From Octopus sinensis (lineage: Eukaryota), in assembly GCF_006345805.1 (NCBI RefSeq), contig NC_043001.1, forward strand, positions 16,864,001 to 16,928,000: a stretch of 64,000 nucleotides of DNA. Reading direction: 5' to 3'. The notes below the pieces were generated by a model that was not told where the DNA came from, made no database searches, and saw only the letters and a list, made by a program, of their open reading frames with translations. The position numbers and the translations under genes are program-made. Position 1 is the stretch's first letter, and each line of letters begins with the position of its first letter. Below, piece by piece: positions 1 to 13,432 of the stretch.

Positions 1-65
1 GATAGATATACATTGAACATTCACCAAACATACACACGCACATAACAAATTCACTACATATAAAT

Positions 66-96
<31 letters not shown>

Positions 97-765
97 CCAT
101 ATATATATGAGACTGGGTCTGTGAATATGAGAGAGAGGAAGAGAGAGAGAGAGAAAGAAAGAAAGAAAGAAAGAAAGGAAGAAAGAAAGAGGGAGAGTGT
201 GTGTGTATGCGTGTGTGTGTGTGTGTATTGAATATTTTGTCATTTGAAAGTTCTCTACTTCTATGTATATGGGTTTGTACATCCCTTTCTGTATATGTAT
301 ACGTGTATGTGTGTGTACGTGCATATTTATGCATATAAATTCATGTGTGTGTGTGTGTTTGAGTGCCTATGTGTGTGTACGTGTATCTATGTATGGATGT
401 GCACGTATGATTAAACCTTAAGTTACCATTAATAGAGAGGAAAACGGAAAAAGCTTCTGAGAGAACGATTAAGTTTGGAGGACGAGAATGAAATCCGTTT
501 CGGAATTTTGTTTTGATAAAATTTCTAGATGTCAGTGGGAAACGAAACAAAAAAACAAAAAAAAAAAAACACTGTCTGTCACGTGGTCGCGTGTCTTGTT
601 TACTGACATTTCGTAGATAAGTTTTTAATCGTCTAATTTACGTAAATATTAAGAGAAGAGTGTGTGAGATAAAGGAGAGAGAATTGAGGCCAAACAGAGA
701 TGGCGGTGGTGGTGGTGGTGATGGTGTAGCAAAGCAACGGTGACGAGCCGAAGCAAGGCTGCATG

Positions 766-791
766 AGAAGAAGAAGAAGAAGAAGAAGAAG

Positions 792-826
<35 letters not shown>

Positions 827-976
827 AGAAGAAGAGAAAAAGGGGAAAGGAGGTGAAAAAGATGAAGAAGAAGAAAAGAAGAAAAGAAGCTGAGAAAGAA
901 AGAAAAAGAAGAAGAAGAAGAAGAAGAAGAAGAAGAAGAAGAAGAAGAAGAAGAAGAAAAGAAGAAGAAGAAGAAG
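766..976 (+). repeat. (GAA)n polypurine tract
   Basis: Two pure GAA runs around a purine-rich spacer. Confidence 0.97.
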
Positions 977-1245
977 ATGTCATGCTTCCACTTTGACGGA
1001 TGAGATTGAAATGAAAATAGTTGTGCAATGGATAACATCATCGTCATTGATTGTCAAACTGTGGCCGATACATTTCTCCATTCTCTCCTTTCGCATGCTT
1101 CAGTCTTTGCCATGTTGGTGCACAACTTCGAAGGGTTTAATTGAAGAATCGACCCACAGCTTATTGCTTTCACGTCTGGTATCTTATAGTCTTTTGCCAA
1201 ATTGCTAAGCTATGGGAACGTAAGCAAACCAAAAAAACAATTGAT

Positions 1246-1317
<72 letters not shown>

Positions 1318-2388
1318 CATATAATAGACCCACACAACGGGCTTCTAAAGTTTGCCGTCTACCAATTTCATTTACAAGACATGGATCGGCCCGGTACAAT
1401 AATAGAAGACACTTACTCAAGGTACCGTGTAGTGGGACTGAACCTGAAATCTTCTGCTTGAAAATGAAACTTTTTTACCTCAGAGCCACGTGTACACTAT
1501 GCATACTTTTTAAAGAGACGTAACAATAGCTATAAGCATTCTTCTATGTTGGTTTGGTTAGGATTATTATTGATATTTCTAGAAGAATTACTACTGTTTG
1601 ATGTATTAGGAAATATTTCAGAGATCTAATCCACAACAACCAAAGAAACAGCCATTTCAGACCAATCGGAACTAAACAACATAAGGTGCTGATGCAAAGT
1701 AGGGAATTCTTGTAGTTTAGTGGTTTTTATAGAGAAAGAAATATAACACGGGTTGTTCCAAAACTGTATTGAGATGCGCTTTCTCAGGAGAAAGGAGTGA
1801 AGTTGGGGGACTTTAGAACGATGTCCAATATCAAGGTAATAGATAGAATAATGAGGGTGGGTGGGTGTATAGTAAATCAACTTCAAAGAATTAGAGACCG
1901 TAATAGTAGCAGTGAAAATAAGAAAAGTGATGACTTTGTTCGGCATAGAGAAAATCACTGGAATGTGAGAGATAACGAAAGTTCATTGTCAGTCGAGGTG
2001 AATAACTTTTATTTTCTTTATGTCAGTAGAACAAAGATACTGTAAAGTACACTGGCACTCTAGTGAAAGATATATTTGCGTTATATAATATCAGCAACTG
2101 TTCAGAGCTGAAGCATTTCCAGTTTTTCAAAATGGCACCAGTAATTTCGGCAGATTTAGTCAGATTTAGTCATTGATATCCACAATTGATCATCGGATTT
2201 GGTAACAAGTTAAGGTCATCAAGTTTAAAAGTGAATGTCTTCATAAAGCTGGAATAGTTCAAAGACCGCTATCATTGTTCATGATTCAACAAGCCTTTTC
2301 ACTCAGATTCCTGATCGATTACAGAATTGACTTAATTTACATTTTGAAATGTTAGAATAAAATTAAAGAAATAAACAAATTTTGAAAT

Positions 2389-3349
2389 AGGCGCAAGCAG
2401 AGCTGTGTGGTTAACCGCTTGGTTTTAAATTCAGTGCCATTGCGTAGCACCTTTGGGCAAGTGAGTTCTACGGTAGCCTATGATCGACCAGTCTGTGTGA
2501 GTGAATTTAGACGGCAAAAATTGTGGGGAAATCCGCCATATATATATAATTTCCAAATGGGACAAGAACGCAAAACATACGGACAGCTAGGTTATACAAA
2601 AAGGGACAACAAAGCATCCAGATAAACGATACAAAGAAAACAAGCACCAGATTATCCTCGCAATTTCGGCTGATTATTCTTGAGATTGCTCCAATCTGGC
2701 CAGCCCCAAGGAAAAACTAAGCTAAGGGCATTAAATTCTTTGGAAGAAAGTAGCGAATGTATACAAAAACAAAGATGGAAAAAACGGACAATTTTACACA
2801 AATGTAAATACAATAAAAATAATAACAGGACATAACAACAGGTGTCTTTCGACTAAGAACGAATTGAATTAAGCTGGCACGTGTGGAAATGAAGCTTTAC
2901 GGCAGAGATACAAGAATTTCACGAACACAGGGAAGAATATCGATGTTGACCGGACAGCGGTCATACCAAGAAAGAAAGAGCAGGCTTGGCCGAACGGCGG
3001 TCACGTGGGAAGAGAAGAGAGAGAAGTAGAAGCAGAGGTACAGAAGAATTAAGAAGAATATATGTATATATATGCATACACACAGGCACACATATATTTG
3101 TATGTGTGTATGAGTGTGTGTGTGTGTGTGTTTTGTGTGTGTGTGTGCACTTGTCTCTGTTTGTCTCACCTACACACATCAATTGACAACCGTAGTTGGT
3201 TTGTTTACATTTTTGTCACATAGCGGTCCAGCAAAAGAAGGAGAATCTTTAAAACCAGTATTGGGTTGAATGTGGTCGTCTACACCCTTCAAGAAAATAC
3301 CGTAGCATGGTCGCAGTTCAGTGACTGAAACACGTAAAGGAATAAATAA
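2389..3349 (+). mobile_element. Old family-A-like SINE split by a ~500-bp insertion in its TA tract
   Basis: Degenerate head at 2389-2550 (ggcgcaag..gctgtgtggtt..gcacctttgggcaag) and degenerate tail at 3060-3349 (ttgacaaccg..gcatggtcgcagttcagtgactgaaac), separated by unrelated sequence. Confidence 0.6.
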
Positions 3350-4477
3350 ATTGTTCTGAAATGTTTGATAAAGCTAAGAAATGATACAGCAGTAACACTT
3401 TTTTAAATGACAAAGCGATAAATGCCCCAAATACAGCTTATATCTATGGTAATACATTGGTTATTTATGAATGAAACTTGCTGTTTCTGGGTAAGTCCTA
3501 TGTATTGTTCACACGAAAAGCTTATATACAACACCACCACCAGAAAACGCAAATAAACACATACAATGCTGTTTAGTCTTGAACCCAAATAATGTTTTAT
3601 TATTCAGAACCCAAATGATATTTTAAGTCCAAAAGGCGATAAGATCAAACTTCAAAGTTTGTATATTAAAGTTCTGTTAGTGTGTTTCCCATGTCTGCAA
3701 GAAAACAAAACTGCTTTGTTATGCAAATGTAACAATGGTTTCATAACAATAGCTCCTTATTAGACGGCGAAGGTGGTGGCATGTAATACCAACCTGCATC
3801 AATAGATTGATATAATTTGCTATATCTGGTTGGCATTCAGCAGGCAGAGAGTAAATACAGGTTAGAAAAAAATTCAGTTTTCTTCTATATTTTTCATGTC
3901 TGCAGCATAAACAAAATATTAACCCTACCATTTTCTAATGTATTATGTTAATTCTTTATGCTAATTCTCTGCCGTCGCAAGTATTGTATTCTCTTCCTGG
4001 ACTATCATTCTTTTTCCCCCTAATGCTTCTATACGTTTACCTTTCCTTATACAAAAATGCTAAGCTTCACAACCTCTGACACCATCTCACAGAGGCTAGA
4101 CATTACTTGACAGAGAGACTCGAGACTGCAGTACAAATAAATTACTCCACACTTAAAATCTTATAATCATTCACAAAACCAAAACAGAAGAGTACTGCAT
4201 ATAGGACTTATGCAAGAATGTTACCGACACATCTGTCTATATATTTACTACCACGCAAATCATAAAGGACATCTCAAGGACAAACTGTCTAACTCATTTA
4301 CAAGGTCTATCCTCTCACTCTGTCTCTCTTTGTTTAAAGTAAACAGTGAGAGCGAGGAAAGCCAGAGAGATAGCGGGTATGATCAATTTAAAAGTAGAAC
4401 ATTGTTATTTATATATCTTCAGTGAGGGAGCTTTAAAAATAGAAACGTTTATTTGAAAATATTTTATTTATTATTTC

Positions 4478-4509
4478 CTGACGATGAGCTCTGCTCGAAA
4501 CGTCAGACA
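4478..4509 (+). ncRNA. Minimal type-I hammerhead-ribozyme-like motif (Penelope-type)
   Basis: CTGACGA-t-GAGC-tct-GCTC-GAAA-CG-TC; stem I poorly paired. Confidence 0.5.
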
Positions 4510-4575
4510 TTTCCTTTTCTTCGCGTGAAACTATTTTCCCGTAATAAGTAAAAGTAAAAAAAAACAAAACATATA

Positions 4576-4997
4576 AGTGCAGGAGTGGCTGTGTGGTAAG
4601 TAGCTTGCTTACCAGCCACATGGTTCCGGGTTCAGTCCCACTGCGTGGCACCTTGGGCAAATGTCTTCTACTATAGCTTCGGGCCGACCAAAGCCTTGTG
4701 AGTGGATTTGGTAGAAGGAAACTGAAAGAAGCCCGTCGTATATACGCATATATATATATGTGTGTGTGTCTGTTTATGTTTGTGTGTCTGTTTGTCCCTA
4801 ACAACGCTTGACCACCGATGCTGGTGTGTTCACGTCCCCGTAAATTACCAGTTCGGCAAAAGAGATCGATAGAATAAGTACTAGGCTTACAAAGAATAAG
4901 TTCTGGGGTCGATTTCTTCGACTAAAGGCGGTGCTCCAGCATGGCCGCAGTCAAATGACTGAAACAAGTAAAAGAGTAAAAGAAAGAGTAAAGAGTA
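4576..4997 (+). mobile_element. tRNA-derived SINE, family A (full length)
   Basis: A-box-like TGGCTGTGTGG, B-box-like GGTTCAGTCC, internal (TA)/(TG) tract and (AAGAGTA)n tail; closely similar copies elsewhere in the window. Confidence 0.9.
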
Positions 4998-5779
4998 TAT
5001 CGTTGTGAATTAATTGTTTTGCTTTAGGACTCAATCAAAGAACAGACTCCTAAACGAAACGTGAGACAACATGAAATCAGTATTGTCTCGATTACTAAAG
5101 GCAAATACTCTATACTACTCTCAGCCTTCAATTGCGTGCTGACCATGTCCATTCGGTCGGATGTAATCCAACAAGTCAATACGGACTGTTCTTGTTGCTA
5201 TTGCTGTGTTTGTGAATGTGTATCCGTTGGTTTCATCATCATTTTTCTTTCTTGTTTATCACTTTTAAAAAAATCTGTTTACCTATTCGAAAATTTATTT
5301 AATTTTCTAGTATTCGGAAATTATCGATTCACCTACCCACTTGTTTTAGCAGGTTAATATCCTTTGTGGTTAGATCTCTTCCAGTTCTCCCCATAATGAA
5401 AAAATAAACCATAATCAACTGTAAACATAAGAAACTTTATTTTTTTTAGGAAAAACTAAAATGTCTAAAACACGCACTTTTTTCTTTTTGCCTAACCTAG
5501 ATATTGCAGTAGACTTCCACACGTTCCAAAATCCCGTCTAAGCAAATTTAAAAAGAGCAGTTTGAAAAACGCGGGAGTTCGGTAAAGTGGAAGATCATAG
5601 CTCATGAAAACGGGATATATTATACAGTTATCAGGAGATATTCCCTTTACTGCTATTTTTTGACAGCAATATTTGAACGATTTTCCTTGACTCCTGTCTA
5701 TGTGTATTGCCTTGTCCCAAAAGTATGACCACCTAGCCATTTTCTGAATCCATTTCTGGTATATATTTTTCACCATTAT

Positions 5780-6195
5780 AAGGTAACGAGCTGGCAGAAA
5801 CGTTAGTATGCCGGGCGAAATACTTAGCTGTATTTTGTCTGTCGTTACGTTCTGAGTTCAAATTCCGCCGAGGTCGACTTTGCCTTTCATCCTTTCGGGG
5901 TCGATAAATTAAATACCAGTTACGCACTGGGGTCGATGTAATCGACTTTATCCCTTTGTCTGTCCTTGTTTGTCCCCTCTGTGTTTAGCCCCTTGTGGGT
6001 AGTAAAGAAATAGGTATTTCGTCTGCCTTTACGTTCTGAGTTCAAATTCCGCCGAGGTCGACTTTGCCTTTCGTCCTTTCGGGGTCGGTAAATAAAGTAC
6101 CAGTTTCGCACTGGGGTCGTTGTAATCGACTTAATCCGTTTGTCTGTCCTTGTTTGTCCCCTCTGTGTTTAGCCCCTTGTGGGTAGTAAAGAAAT
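5780..6195 (+). mobile_element. tRNA-derived SINE family B, internal dimer, 18-19 bp TSD
   Basis: AGCTGGCAGAA head, GAGTTCAAATTCC B-box, conserved core gcctttcatcctttcggggtcgataaat..tacc (recalled as resembling the MetaSINE/Nin-type domain; unverified). TSD atatatttttcaccatta at 5761-5778 and 6196-6213. Confidence 0.9.
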
Positions 6196-6534
6196 ATATA
6201 TTTTTCACCATTACTGGCATTTTATAATGATGTGAATAATGTTTAACATTAGCAGTCGACTGAAATTGTTGGCGTCTCTCCTTCATAATGTTTTCTTTAT
6301 ATTCAGGTGGAGTAGTTAAGTCGAGATTAAATGAAATATGGATGTAATTAACAGATATTATTAACACTAATGAGTGTCATCTAAAGGCGAATGCAAAGAC
6401 CTGATGTCAGTGAACGCGAATGTTGATAATAAATTATAAACACTTGCTATATTATGGATGTTGTAATCCTCCATAGCGAAAATCTGAATTCAGTTGTCAC
6501 GATGTGTTTCAGCCGCAAATTTTATTATTTTATC

Positions 6535-6705
6535 ACACAACACACACAAAAATACACACGTACAGATGCAAGCTTACACACAGATAAATCTATACAGTCA
6601 AATACACACACACACCACACACACCACACCAACACAACACACTACACACACACACACCACACACACATACACACACACAATACACACCACACAAACCACC
6701 ACCAA

Positions 6706-6741
<36 letters not shown>

Positions 6742-7051
6742 ACATACACACATACACACACACACCTAAACACATTTACAAACACACACACACACACAAT
6801 ACACACACACCACACACACAATACACACACAACACCACACACACACACCACACACACACAACACACACACACACCTACACACACCACAACACACACACAC
6901 ACATACACACACACACAACACCACACACACACACACACACACATACACACACACAACACACACAACACACACACACAATACACACATCACACACCACACA
7001 TACACACATACACATACCACACACACACACACATACACACACACACACACA

Positions 7052-7107
<56 letters not shown>
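6535..7107 (+). repeat. Degenerate (CA)n microsatellite
   Basis: Direct reading. Confidence 0.97.
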
Positions 7108-7109
<2 letters not shown>

Positions 7110-7647
7110 AATCAACACATGCATGTATCACATACACATATCCACGCATATAAATCAAGAAATGCGCATCACTATATATATACATATATATATGCCAACA
7201 GCTTTTGTTATATATATATATATATTTATTTTTCCACTGTTTATATATATATATTTTACTGTTTATATGTTTGTACTGTCGTTACCGTCTTGCTTTTTTT
7301 TCTTTTTTTTTTTACCCCTCTGCGAAAAGATCTCAGAATTTTAATTGATTTTCTTTTCGCGGGAAGGAAGTTTTCTTCGAAGTATACGTCTCGCTTTTAT
7401 CCTTCGAAACGTTTAGTAGATGAAAAACTTAGCGACTGAAGAAGGGGATTTTTCGTTGTGCTTATTGTCCTGTATCTCTCTCTTTTTTTTGCTTGTCTTG
7501 TTCCTTGGTTTGTGTCTATGTTTTTCGTCTCTCTATGTGTTCGACGTCTTTTTGGTGTCCTGTACACATATATGCGTGTATATGTACATGTAGAGGTAGA
7601 TACGTACATATATGTTTATATATATGCATATATTCTATTTTATTAAC

Positions 7648-7688
<41 letters not shown>

Positions 7689-8350
7689 AGAGAGAGAGAG
7701 AGTGAGAGAGAGAGAGAGAGAGAGAGGAGGGAGACAGACAGCGACAGACAGGACAGACAGACAGACAGACAGACAGATAGACTGACAGGCTGGTAGGTAT
7801 GTTGGTAGGTAGTAGACATGAAGACAGGCATAGGGGCAGACGGAAACAGCCATATTGTAGAAAGGGAAGCCAGTTGTACTGCAGAGTGACCAGAAATAGC
7901 CAGGCTAGCGATAATATCGATGAAAGGACAAAGGAAACTGCTGACAATGAGCAAGACCAATAAATCAACATTGTTGCTGTGGTTTAGCCCTAGGCCATTA
8001 CTTATTAAACAGACCTACGATGAGAAGCATTCCAATAATGATCATCCCGGTTATTTTCGCTGTATACAGGAAACCCCAAACCATACCAAGCATGTATTTT
8101 GTTGTTTTTTTTTAGATGTAAGAATGAGATTTGTAAAAGATTTTGGGTGGTATTTGTTGTACGTTTCATGGCCGTATTGCGGTACGTTTGTTTGTTGGTT
8201 CGGAAAATCAGGGTATCTTAAATGGAATAATAAAAGTCGATGGAGTTTGTAAAGCCAGGAACTGACAAAAACTGAATTGTAAATACAAACAAAGGGTATA
8301 TGCTTTGCTGATCTATTCTAGGGTTTGACAAAATGACATAGAATATGAGT

Positions 8351-8778
8351 TACTCTTTACTCTTTTAGTTGTTTCAGTCATTTGACAGGGGCCATGCTGG
8401 AGCACCGCCTTTAGTCGAAGAAATCGACAGTTGAGCAAATCGACCCCAGGACTTATTCTTTGTAGGCCTAGTACTTAGTCTATCGGTCCCTAATGCCGAA
8501 CCGCTAAGTTACGGGGACGTAAACACACCAGCATCGGTTGTCAAGCGATGTTGGGTGGAGGACAAACACAGACACACAAACATACACACACATACATATA
8601 TATATACATATATACGACGGGCTTCTTTCAGTTTCCGTTTATCAAATCCACTCACAAGGCTTTGGTCAGCCCGAAGCTATAGTAGAAGACACTTGTCCAA
8701 GGTACCACGCGGTGGGAATGAACCCGGAACCATGTGGTTGGTAAGCAAGCAACTTTCTACATAGCCACTCCTGCGCCT
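8351..8778 (-). mobile_element. SINE family A
   Basis: Reverse complement of the 4576-4997 element. Confidence 0.9.
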
Positions 8779-9454
8779 TCAGTTGTCGAAATTTTCTGCG
8801 AATCGTTCCAACACTTATTTTAATCTTGCACAATTCTTTCAAAATCTTTCCAAACGTTTGTTTGGAAAAATAATGGAAACAATTTTATAAACACAAAATA
8901 ATCCTTCCTACTAATGGCCTGATATGTGACGGAGGGGACTGGTCGATTACATCGACGCCCAGTATTTCACTGGTACTAATATTATCGACCTGAAACGATG
9001 AAAAGCAAAGTGGACTCTGGCGGAATTTGAACTCAGAACGTGCAGACAGACGAAGCATTTCGTGCAGCATGCTAACGATACTGCCAGCTGGCCACCTTTA
9101 TAGACACGAAATAATAAAACACGAGGATAGTCATTGCAAGAAGGTAACTAGGGTTATACAACATCTACCAAAGAAATTTTGTTGTGTACCGTATGCGTAT
9201 TGTCCCACTTTAGTGGAAGAATTGCACTACCCATAGCCTATAGCGTTTGATGATTTTCCCCACATTATGTGAGGTTGATTCGGTGGCTGAGATTTCAAGC
9301 TGAAACTGTAAATATACGCTTGTGTATCTCTCTGTGTGTGTAAGCTTTTCTCATCATGCGTACGCAAACAGGCGGACAAGGATTTGGGATTTGGAAGCAA
9401 GCTTCTTACCAAGCACCCACGTCTGCACCTATGTGCGTGTATTTTTAGATATGT

Positions 9455-9525
<71 letters not shown>

Positions 9526-10229
9526 TATATAATGGTTCTTTTAACATACCGAACTACTTGGTAAAATTATTAATTATTAACTGATTAATTAATTTTACCT
9601 TTATTATATATATATATATATATGTGTGGTGTGGTGTGTGTGTGTTGGTGTGTGTGTGTGTGTGTGTGGGTGTGGTGTGTGTGTATGCGTATCTGAGGTA
9701 GAAGAAGAGACAGGAAGATGGAGATTAATTCATGAAGCGAATTTGTATGGAGGAGGAGGGGGAGGAAGGGAAGAAGAAGGATGATGGAGAAGAGGAAGTG
9801 ACAGATAAAAAGGGGATAGAACAGTGGTGCAGGGGTGAATGGGTGCGACAGAAAGATTCAGATGAAAAAGGTGGATTATTAATGTATGTGCGCTAAACAA
9901 ACATTAATAATTCAAACCAAACATAAACTGCACCATCGTCCCCTAATCTAGGAGAGAAAGCTTTGGACATTGACCCCACATTAGACAGATTTAAAACGCT
10001 GCATTGATGGGTATATACGTATATGTGCGTTTGTGGGTGTGTGTGGGTGTGTGTGTGTATTTGCATTCATTTATGCGCGTATTTTTCTTTGATTTTAGTG
10101 TATGTATGCGTATGCAGACATGTGGAGAGGCAATCATGCGTATGCACATTTATCCATATTTGTGTGCATAGAACCTCATACACAAATACATATGCATATA
10201 CATAAGTTATATATATGTACATATATATA

Positions 10230-10270
<41 letters not shown>

Positions 10271-10370
10271 TATATGTATGCATATATATATATATGATTA
10301 TATATACTTATATACATATATATTATATATACATATATGATTATATATATACATATATACATATACATGA

Positions 10371-10417
<47 letters not shown>

Positions 10418-11083
10418 ACATATATATATATATACACACACACACACACCCACACATATATAATATATATATATATATTATATATATAATATTATATATA
10501 TATATATATAAACACACAGATATACACACATACAGTCTTATCTTCCTGCGCAGCTTTTCCATCACGTCTGCTTGTTTGCTTTCCAAAATCTTTCGTTTAA
10601 TGCCTTCTGTAAGATCTTCTCGCGTATATCTGTACATGTGTGTGTATATATGTGTGTCTGTGTCTGTGTGTGTGTGTACGCGTGAGGAAGCGTGTTAGTT
10701 TGTAACTATATGTGCTTATACAAGCATATTTGTGCTTACAAGTGTGTGTGTCTATGTGTTCATGTGTGTGTGTGACTTTAAGATTGAAATTTAAGATAGC
10801 ATTAAATTCTAATCTTTATCAGAAAAGATACCAGATCCAGCAGGTTAAATATCTGTGATCTCTATGCTCGGTATCAGCACAGTTCAGCAAACGTGTGATA
10901 TTTAGAAGTCAGAAATAAGGAAGTCTTTCAGATTATTTAGATAGAAATCAAATGTGTAAAAATAAATAAAATAAAATAAATTTTTAAGTTTAGAAACATG
11001 GCGTCCTTCGTGTGAGAGTCGTCGAGATATGGTGTGATACAGTGCGAAATGTAAACGTTACTAGACCACAGATGGAGTAAACC

Positions 11084-11316
11084 TATTTCTGTATTACCCA
11101 CAAGGGGCTAAACATAGAGGGGACAAACATGGACAGACATAGATATTAAGTCGATTATATCGACCCCAGTGCGTAACTGGTACTTAATTTATCGACTCCG
11201 GAAGGATGAAAAGCAAAGTCGACCTCGGCGGAATTTGAACTCAGAACGTAACGGCAGACGAAATACCGCTAAGCATTTCGCCCGGCGTGCCAACGTTTCT
11301 GGCAGCTCGCCGCCTT
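11084..11316 (-). mobile_element. SINE family B with TSD
   Basis: Full monomer; atggagtaaacc at 11072-11083 and 11320-11331. Confidence 0.9.
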
Positions 11317-11464
11317 ATAATGGAGTAAACCAGATGGAGTAAACCAATGAGGGTGTCAAGCCCCTACAGGGTTATTCGATTTGCAAGAATTAATAGCTCA
11401 ATCTCCTTGAAAATTATCGTCGTCTCATTCTTTCCGTGAGAATGTCAAATGCTCGGTGTTGTCT

Positions 11465-11687
11465 AGCTGGCAGAAACGTTAGCACGCCGGGCAAAATGCG
11501 TAGCCATATTTCGTCTGCCGTTACGTTCTGAGTTAAAATTCCGCCTAGGTCGACTTTGCCTTTCATCCTTTAGGGGTCGATAAAATTAAGTACCAGTTAC
11601 GCACTGGGGTCGATGTAATCGACTTAATCCGTTTGTCTGTCCTTGTTTGTCTCCTCTATGTTTAGCCCCCTGTGGGTAATAAAGAAA
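11465..11687 (+). mobile_element. SINE family B
   Basis: Full monomer, inverted relative to 11084-11316. Confidence 0.9.
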
Positions 11688-12253
11688 CATAGAAACATAT
11701 CTATCTATCTATCTATCTTCTTTCTTTCTTGATTTTTGTTTCTTTGACAGCTAAAATTATCGGCATAAATATCTACCCGCCGAGCATCTGTCACAGTTCT
11801 TTTACACATCATTACCACATTTCAACCAGCCGACCAACCAGCCAGTAAGATATCGATTTAATATAACTGACTGACCATTTGACTATCAATCCATCCATCC
11901 ATGTATCTGTCTTTTTTTCCTTACCCTCTCGCTCTTTCACACATAGCCGCGCATATATATCTATATGTGTCTGTGTGTGTGTTTGTGTGTGTATGTATAT
12001 GCGTGCATGTGTGTGTGTATCTGTAGTATCTCAATATTCCTTAGGCTGTAGCTTGTAACAGTCTATCTAACGGGAGTTATATAATGCAACAGTTTACTTA
12101 CTTCCCAGAGAGCAATATTCTCGATGCGATTTCAATTCATGGTTTGAAGCCATTTCTCTTACGTCACGATTGTCCTTAGGGAAGCCGTGAAAGTAGAACA
12201 CCACATTTCCCTGCATCTAAAGTCGAGGGTATTTTTATACGATCAAACACAAC

Positions 12254-12299
<46 letters not shown>

Positions 12300-12411
12300 A
12301 TCTATCTATCTATCTATCTAGCCATCTAGCCGTCTATCTATCTAGCCATCCATCTATCTATCTATCCATCTATCTAGCCATCCATCTATCCATCTAGCTA
12401 TCTAGCCATCC

Positions 12412-12445
<34 letters not shown>

Positions 12446-12535
12446 ATATCTATCTAGCCATCCATCTATCCATCTAGCTATCTAGCAATCCATTTATCTA
12501 TCTATCCATCCATCCATCCATCTAGCCATCCATCC

Positions 12536-12608
<73 letters not shown>

Positions 12609-12664
12609 GCCATCCATCCATCCTTCTAGCCATCCATCTATCTATCTATATATATATATCTATC
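12254..12664 (+). repeat. (TATC)/(CATC)n compound microsatellite
   Basis: Direct reading. Confidence 0.97.
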
Positions 12665-13049
12665 ATGTGTAACCAATTTGCCAATCAGTCAACCAGTTAT
12701 TACACTGTACCTGCAAATCTCCAATTGCTGGTTCATATTATCTCACATCTGGTTTATCAATTGATATAACCCCCACCTTTTTTTTTTTTTTTTTTGAAAA
12801 AGGTCTTGTCAGAGTAGTACACAGAAATTTTCTTCTCTCATGATATATATATACATATATATATATATGGCGAGTTTGAATATATATCTGCTTGCTTCCG
12901 TTATATAATCACTTTCCTACGATGTTTGCACTTGTTTCACTTTAGATATAGAAAACAGATTCTGCTCTCCGGAAGATTATGACTTATTTGTCAGTGGGAT
13001 TGTGGAGCAGCTGGATAATACAAAATATATTTTCTAAGTATAGACTTTG

Positions 13050-13432
13050 ATTTTGGAAGCACTCCGTCGGTTACGACGACGAGGGTTCCGGTTGATCCGA
13101 ATCAACGGAACAGCCTGCTCGTGAAATTAACGTGCAAGTGGCTGAGCACTCCACAGACACGTGTACCCTTAACGTAGTTCTCGGGGATATTCAGCGTGAC
13201 ACAGAGAGTGACAAGGCCGGCCCCTTTGAAATACAAGGTACAACAGAAACAGGAAGTAAGAGTGAGAGAGAGAAAGTTGTGGTGAAAGAGTACAGCAAGG
13301 GTCACCACCATCCCCTGTCGGAGCCTCGTGGAGCTTTTAGGTGTTTTTGCTCAATAAACACTCACAACGCTCGGTCTGGGAATCGAAACCGCGATCCTAT
13401 GACCGCGAGTCCGCTGCCCTAACCACTGGGCC
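13050..13432 (-). mobile_element. tRNA(Arg-like)-derived SINE family C, tail type T3
   Basis: Head atggcccagtggttagggcagcggactcgcggtc...gtttcgattccc; TSD atagactttg at 13040-13049 and 13433-13442. May correspond to the octopus OR-type SINEs (from memory). Confidence 0.88.

Noticed and set aside
633-1047. Poly-Leu, poly-Ser and poly-Arg ORFs
   Set aside because: Translations of the (GAA)n tract; no splice or domain support.
1620-2330. Possible decayed Penelope RT on the minus strand (IYYLDI, YKKPLN-like)
   Set aside because: The motifs need several frameshifts and could be chance matches; requires a profile-HMM search.
5830-6013. Hammerhead within the SINE-B tandem unit (retrozyme hypothesis)
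   Set aside because: No CUGANGA...GAAA core on either strand of the unit; other ribozyme classes could not be tested by eye.
10929-11316. Idea that the 13.8-kb array is a daughter of the 11084 SINE with 3' transduction
   Set aside because: Diagnostic bases differ (gacatagatatt/cttaatttatc vs gacaaacggatt/cttatttaatc) and the intervening 120 bp are absent, so templated filler fits better.
13360-13432. tRNA gene candidates (also 55921, 56800, 62680, 63760)
   Set aside because: A/B boxes are present, but each continues into a SINE body and no full cloverleaf acceptor stem is evident; these are SINE heads.
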